Position numbers and translations under genes: made by a program. The notes below the pieces were generated by a model. That model ran no database searches, had not been told where the DNA came from, and saw only the letters and a program-made list of their open reading frames with translations. A DNA stretch of 8,179 nt. It comes from Vitrella brassicaformis CCMP3155 (taxonomy: Eukaryota; Protista; Chromerida). The stretch lies in contig CDMY01000958.1 of assembly GCA_001179505.1 (NCBI GenBank), positions 1-8,179 on the forward strand, read 5' to 3'. Of this stretch, positions 6,201 to 8,179 are shown in pieces. Numbering within the stretch: the stretch's first letter is position 1; the number at the start of each line of letters is the position of its first letter.

Positions 6201-8179
6201 AGTTCGGAGTCACTGTGGGTGAATTGAGGTTGACAGGTATGTGCCCACACGCACGGACACCTTCTCACGAGGGACAGACCGCCACCTGGATGGCTCGCTG
6301 AACGGCTGGCTGTGTGGATCATGGGGGTCCCTCCCTGGTCAGGCCCGACGACCGACAGCCACACAGGTGTGTGCACACGCGGCAAGAGCTGCACAGTGGA
6401 TCGAGTGCCAGTCGACCACGATGCTTCGAGGCCTACCACGTTGCAATTATGGACCAGCCTTGTTCGGCCACCTCACCTGGCCAGTTCGTGGCGCTGTTCG
6501 ACGAAATCCCCTCCCTCACGGGAGCCAAAGGCGCCGATCTCAATCCACCACACGTGGCCGAGTTCAGCTTCCAAATGGGCTCTGGACATACACTGGCCGA
6601 AGCGAGCGCTCTCTACCACGTGTGCTTCTGCGGCAAAGGCGCCAACTGCGCCCTCGCCAACGGGGCGACACCTGCCGACTTCCCTGTCACGACGGGCACC
6701 ATCACACTCAGAGGTAAGTAAACACCACACACAGCTTGCTCTGGACCTCGAACGTGTAAGATTTCGGCTTTGCATTTCATTGCAGGTCCGGCGGACAACG
6801 AGTACCCCGAAATGAAGTGCGTTGCAAGCATGGCTTGCCAGCTGTCGATTGGCTTCACAGGTTAATTAGCGCAACATGCGCCACGCAATTCAGCTTCGGT
6901 GTGTATTGCTCCAGTTCTGCTAGATGTGGCGATGGGCCAACACGATACGATAATGGTCTCTGCGAAATCTGCGAGCCCGTGTACTCCCCCGATCGCCGTC
7001 CGTCCTATGAGGCTGTTCGAAGGCAATGACGATATCGCGGGAACACAGGAGGGCGACACAACCGGGAAGTATGACAGATATGACTTCGGCGTGGCAAGAT
7101 TCGGTGGAAGCTTTGACCTGTGTTGGTAAACATGGCTGTGTCTGGCATCAGTTTGGCCTCCGGAACTTCCCTATTGGCGTCTCTGTCCTCGCTTGCAGGT
7201 GCGGGGGCTCCTCTACTGAGGCATGCGATCCAAGCACACACCAAGGCTTCAAGATTCACGCGGGCGTGTTGACGGTTAAGGGGCCCAGCCCACCTGCTGA
7301 GCTTGATGTGGCTGTCCCCACGTCATGCACGGTGGGCTCTGGATGCACCATCGCTTCGAAAGGCACCAGGGCAGATGCAGCATTGACCACCGGAGGCACA
7401 GGAAATTACACATATGCGATGACCACGAAGCTGCCGGGCAATCGGTACAAGATATGCTGGTGAGTGAGCAAGAGACAGGCAGTCCGCTTCGTTCGTACAC
7501 TGATGATTACCTTCCAGGTGCCCCAACGAAGCGGACTGCACCAATATGACCAACTTTGGCACATTCGCAGGTCTCCTCGATGTGGCCGGTGAGCTCAGAC
7601 GGCGTCCGACACCAACCCGTCCTCTCTTTGCAGCGAGTTTTATTCCCTGCAGGTCCGGCCTTGTATTGTGATTCGTTGGTGTCGACGTCCTGTGAGGATG
7701 TGCTGTGTGCGGCTGGGACGTTTTGTCCTTCGGCGCCCCTCACGATCGGCGGCTATCAGCTGACTGTAGACGACCGCCTGCTGCTGACAAAAGGCAGTGT
7801 GCCGTGCACAGGCGGTCTGCTGGAAGACATCGACGCCAATCCCTCGCCCAACCCATCCAGCAGCACATCGCAAAGCTTCACATTCGGCCTCACTCTCTCG
7901 GAAGCGGGCCACTACCACGTGTGCTGGTGCGGCAAGGGATCGGCCGGAGCCTGCAACACGCCGTCAGCCCACCGCGTGCAAATTGGAACACTGCACATTA
8001 CAGGTCAACAGACAGACAGACAGACAGAGAGGGAGCCAATCAGGGCAGATCAGCCACGGACGGCAGCAAAGGAGGCACTGCTGATATTGCATTCCAGGCC
8101 CAAGCGTGAGCAACTACAACAAACGGTGCAGCCGCGGGTCCAGCTGCACGTATGACGGCATTTCCATCGACTACGACGC
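1..8179 (+). CDS. Interior of a very large multi-exon gene encoding a tandem Cys-rich repeat protein (>1850 aa, probably extracellular/surface; start and stop lie outside the window)
   Basis: Manual splice model: join(1..205,266..297,383..419,487..673,738..841,931..999,1076..1271,1370..1452,1524..1592,1644..1845,1919..2016,2108..2176,2241..2345,2421..2505,2574..2668,2731..3084,3157..3519,3626..3997,4062..4130,4206..4401,4500..4591,4666..4734,4799..4994,5049..5128,5249..5317,5447..5651,5727..5803,5874..6236,6343..6713,6786..6860,6924..7125,7199..7459,7518..7588,7653..8003,8098..8179). All 34 introns are GT-AG with matching phases. The spliced frame is stop-free apart from a 1-nt deletion near 6428. 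Introns recur at homologous positions in the repeat. Confidence 0.88.
266..841 (+). CDS. Module 1 (CWC type, 4 exons)
   Basis: Exons 266-297, 383-419, 487-673, 738-841 give GPTGDENFFCQ|IVGECTVNVAGEY|FDPADSILV...GGEFDLCW|CPQTTNGQVC...LGTLTVIG. Donors at 674 (GTGGGA) and 842 (GTCCCT) are weak and were placed by homology and phase. Confidence 0.7.
928..1393 (+). repeat. Internal duplication/conversion tract A, copy 1 (partner 4059-4523)
   Basis: Manual alignment shows about 20 differences in about 466 nt (about 96% identical), including two complete introns. Confidence 0.95.
931..1452 (+). CDS. Module 2 (CWC type, 3 exons)
   Basis: Exons 931-999, 1076-1271, 1370-1452 give GPVGNETLTCEAAKDCPIVINGAG|FDDYDSLMV...GGQQFHLCW|CAAPNPGTQACDNRVSFNIGVGSLTVIG. 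Donors GTCAGT, GTAAGA, GTAAGG. Confidence 0.88.
1524..2016 (+). CDS. Module 3 (CWC type, 3 exons)
   Basis: Exons 1524-1592, 1644-1845, 1919-2016 give GPDGKANADCDVGQTCTATINGHG|IQDGDTILI...YAGHFYLCW|CKGPCTPTDLESFTTNVGTLDFNTLAGGMAIDG. Confidence 0.78.
2108..2668 (+). CDS. Module 4 (CWC type, 4 exons)
   Basis: Exons 2108-2176, 2241-2345, 2421-2505, 2574-2668 give GPDGLGVFEFSLGQECFFTIEGTG|FDIMDSIII...NTDIA|GEPYANALEEKYDWGEKPLHGGEFDLCW|CGGHQAGIYC...AGNLTVRG. The 75-nt intron 2346-2420 removes an in-frame TGA at 2378. Confidence 0.72.
2731..3084 (+). CDS. Module 5 (CFC type, single exon)
   Basis: GPKHTDFAAVCTIGAASCSLSG...GTFKLCFCDSW...C...VGTLKIRG. Acceptor CTAG ends at 2730, donor GT at 3085. Confidence 0.87.
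3092..3138 (+). repeat. Intronic 19-nt direct repeat (2 copies, 1 mismatch, 9-nt spacer)
   Basis: tgaccatgatctgcgtctg (3092-3110) and tgaccatgatctacgtctg (3120-3138). Confidence 0.85.
3157..3519 (+). CDS. Module 6 (CFC type, single exon)
   Basis: GPKRNDYLSSCPLGAASCTVSG...GEYYMCFCDKGTGSDC...VGELRLTG. Acceptor GCAG ends at 3156, donor GTATGT at 3520. Confidence 0.9.
3626..3997 (+). CDS. Module 7 (CFC type, single exon)
   Basis: GPTTDSHTGVCTRGKSCTVD...LYHVCFCGKGANC...TGTVTLRG. Donor GTAAGT at 3998. Confidence 0.9.
4059..4523 (+). repeat. Internal duplication/conversion tract A, copy 2 (partner 928-1393)
   Basis: Same alignment, offset 3131 then 3130 after a 1-nt intronic indel. Confidence 0.95.
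4062..4591 (+). CDS. Module 8 (CWC type, 3 exons; chimeric near-copy of module 2)
   Basis: Exons 4062-4130, 4206-4401, 4500-4591. Near-identical to module 2 up to CAAPNPGT, then the different tail AVACSAQDLSQYSLSAGFLTVKG. Confidence 0.88.
4666..5128 (+). CDS. Module 9 (CWC type, 3 exons)
   Basis: Exons 4666-4734, 4799-4994, 5049-5128 give GPDGKAKVDCDSGKDCTVSINGTG|LASDDKMVIS...GSAVSLCW|CAGPSCNQE...AGSLHING. Confidence 0.8.
5249..5803 (+). CDS. Module 10 (CWC type, 3 exons)
   Basis: Exons 5249-5317, 5447-5651, 5727-5803 give GPYGKADTECAAGRPCSATLQGTG|LADHDDIVVV...YGGSFYLCW|CTGTSCDPASQLQMFNVYGGQLTITG. Confidence 0.82.
5874..6236 (+). CDS. Module 11 (CFC type, single exon; near-copy of module 6)
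   Basis: Six nucleotide differences from 3157-3519 and the same splice sites. Confidence 0.9.
6343..6713 (+). CDS. Module 12 (CFC type, single exon; near-copy of module 7) carrying a 1-nt deletion frameshift
   Basis: Module 7 has GAT GCT TCG GAG GCC TAC, whereas this copy reads gatgcttcgaggcctac (one G missing near 6428). The ORF track splits the module between ORFs 6312..6815 and 6314..6721. Confidence 0.85.
6786..7280 (+). CDS. Module 13 (CWC type)
   Basis: Exons 6786-6860, 6924-7125 and the 5' part of 7199-7459 give GPADNEYPEMKCVASMACQLSIGFTD|VAMGQHDTIMV...GGSFDLCW|CGGSSTEAC...AGVLTVK. No intron at the following GP. Confidence 0.8.
7281..7588 (+). CDS. Module 14 (shortened CWC module)
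   Basis: GPSPPAELDVAVPTSCTVGSGCTIASKG...GNRYKICW|CPNEADCTNMTNFGTFAGLLDVAG. Introns 7460-7517 and 7589-7652. Lacks the central D-x-I-x-V...C...LF segment. Confidence 0.78.
7653..8003 (+). CDS. Module 15 (single exon, CWC, 8 Cys)
   Basis: GPALYCDSLVSTSCEDVLCAAGTFC...DDRLLLT...PC...GHYHVCWCGKGSAGAC...IGTLHITG. Confidence 0.85.
8008..8027 (+). repeat. (ACAG)5 microsatellite in intron 8004-8097
   Basis: acagacagacagacagacag followed by agagggag. Confidence 0.9.
8098..8179 (+). CDS. Module 16 (partial; runs off the window end)
   Basis: After acceptor TTCCAG (ends 8097): GPSVSNYNKRCSRGSSCTYDGISIDYD, resembling the start of module 7 (GPTTDSHTGVCTRGKSCTVDRVPVDYD). Confidence 0.82.

Larger units (their letters stand above)
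5871..6737 (+). repeat. Internal duplication/conversion tract B, copy 2 (partner 3154-4021)
   Basis: Same alignment, offset 2717 then 2716 after the G deletion near 6428. Confidence 0.95.

Noticed and set aside
928-6737. The two long repeats as transposon ends or LTRs
   Set aside because: They consist of coding exons and introns of the host gene. I saw no transposase or RT motifs, terminal inverted repeats or target-site duplications.
928-6737. The duplications as pure assembly artefacts
   Set aside because: The copies differ at about 18-20 positions, many at synonymous or intronic sites, and join in frame to different flanks. Long reads are still needed to exclude this fully.
1-8179. Assignment to the Plasmodium s48/45 six-Cys or coccidian SRS family because of six Cys, a CxC motif and a similar module length
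   Set aside because: s48/45 domains end their Cys series with the CxC pair and begin with a GCxF motif. Here a sixth Cys follows CxC, and the first two Cys are only 6-7 residues apart. A distant fold relationship would need a structure search.
1-8179. Prokaryotic features (operon, CRISPR array, rRNA or tRNA genes)
   Set aside because: I saw no repeat-spacer array or RNA-gene signature. The window is fully explained by spliceosomal exons and introns.

Overview
The whole window is an interior segment of one intron-rich eukaryotic protein-coding gene on the + strand, open at both ends. By hand I reconstruct 35 exons and 34 short GT-AG introns (51-129 nt) that splice to about 1850 codons. The protein is a tandem array of 17 copies (15 complete, 2 partial) of a roughly 95-125 aa cysteine-rich module. 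Its consensus is approximately GP-x5-9-C-x2-3-G-x2-C-x-(V/I)-x-G...D-x-(I/L)-x-V...C...LF...(Y/F)-x-(F/L)-G...G-x-(Y/F)-x-(L/V)-C-(W/F)-C...C...F...G-x-L-x-(V/I)-x-GP. A phase-1 intron splits the Gly codon of GP at 15 of 16 module junctions. Two recent internal duplications or conversion tracts are present (928-1393 vs 4059-4523, about 96% identical; 3154-4021 vs 5871-6737, about 98% identical). The later copy of the second pair carries a 1-nt deletion near 6428 that frameshifts module 12. The ORF track only shows fragments and shadows of this spliced gene. Intron style suggests an alveolate such as the chromerid Vitrella, and the product looks like a giant extracellular or surface protein; both are inference. 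I cannot assign a named family.
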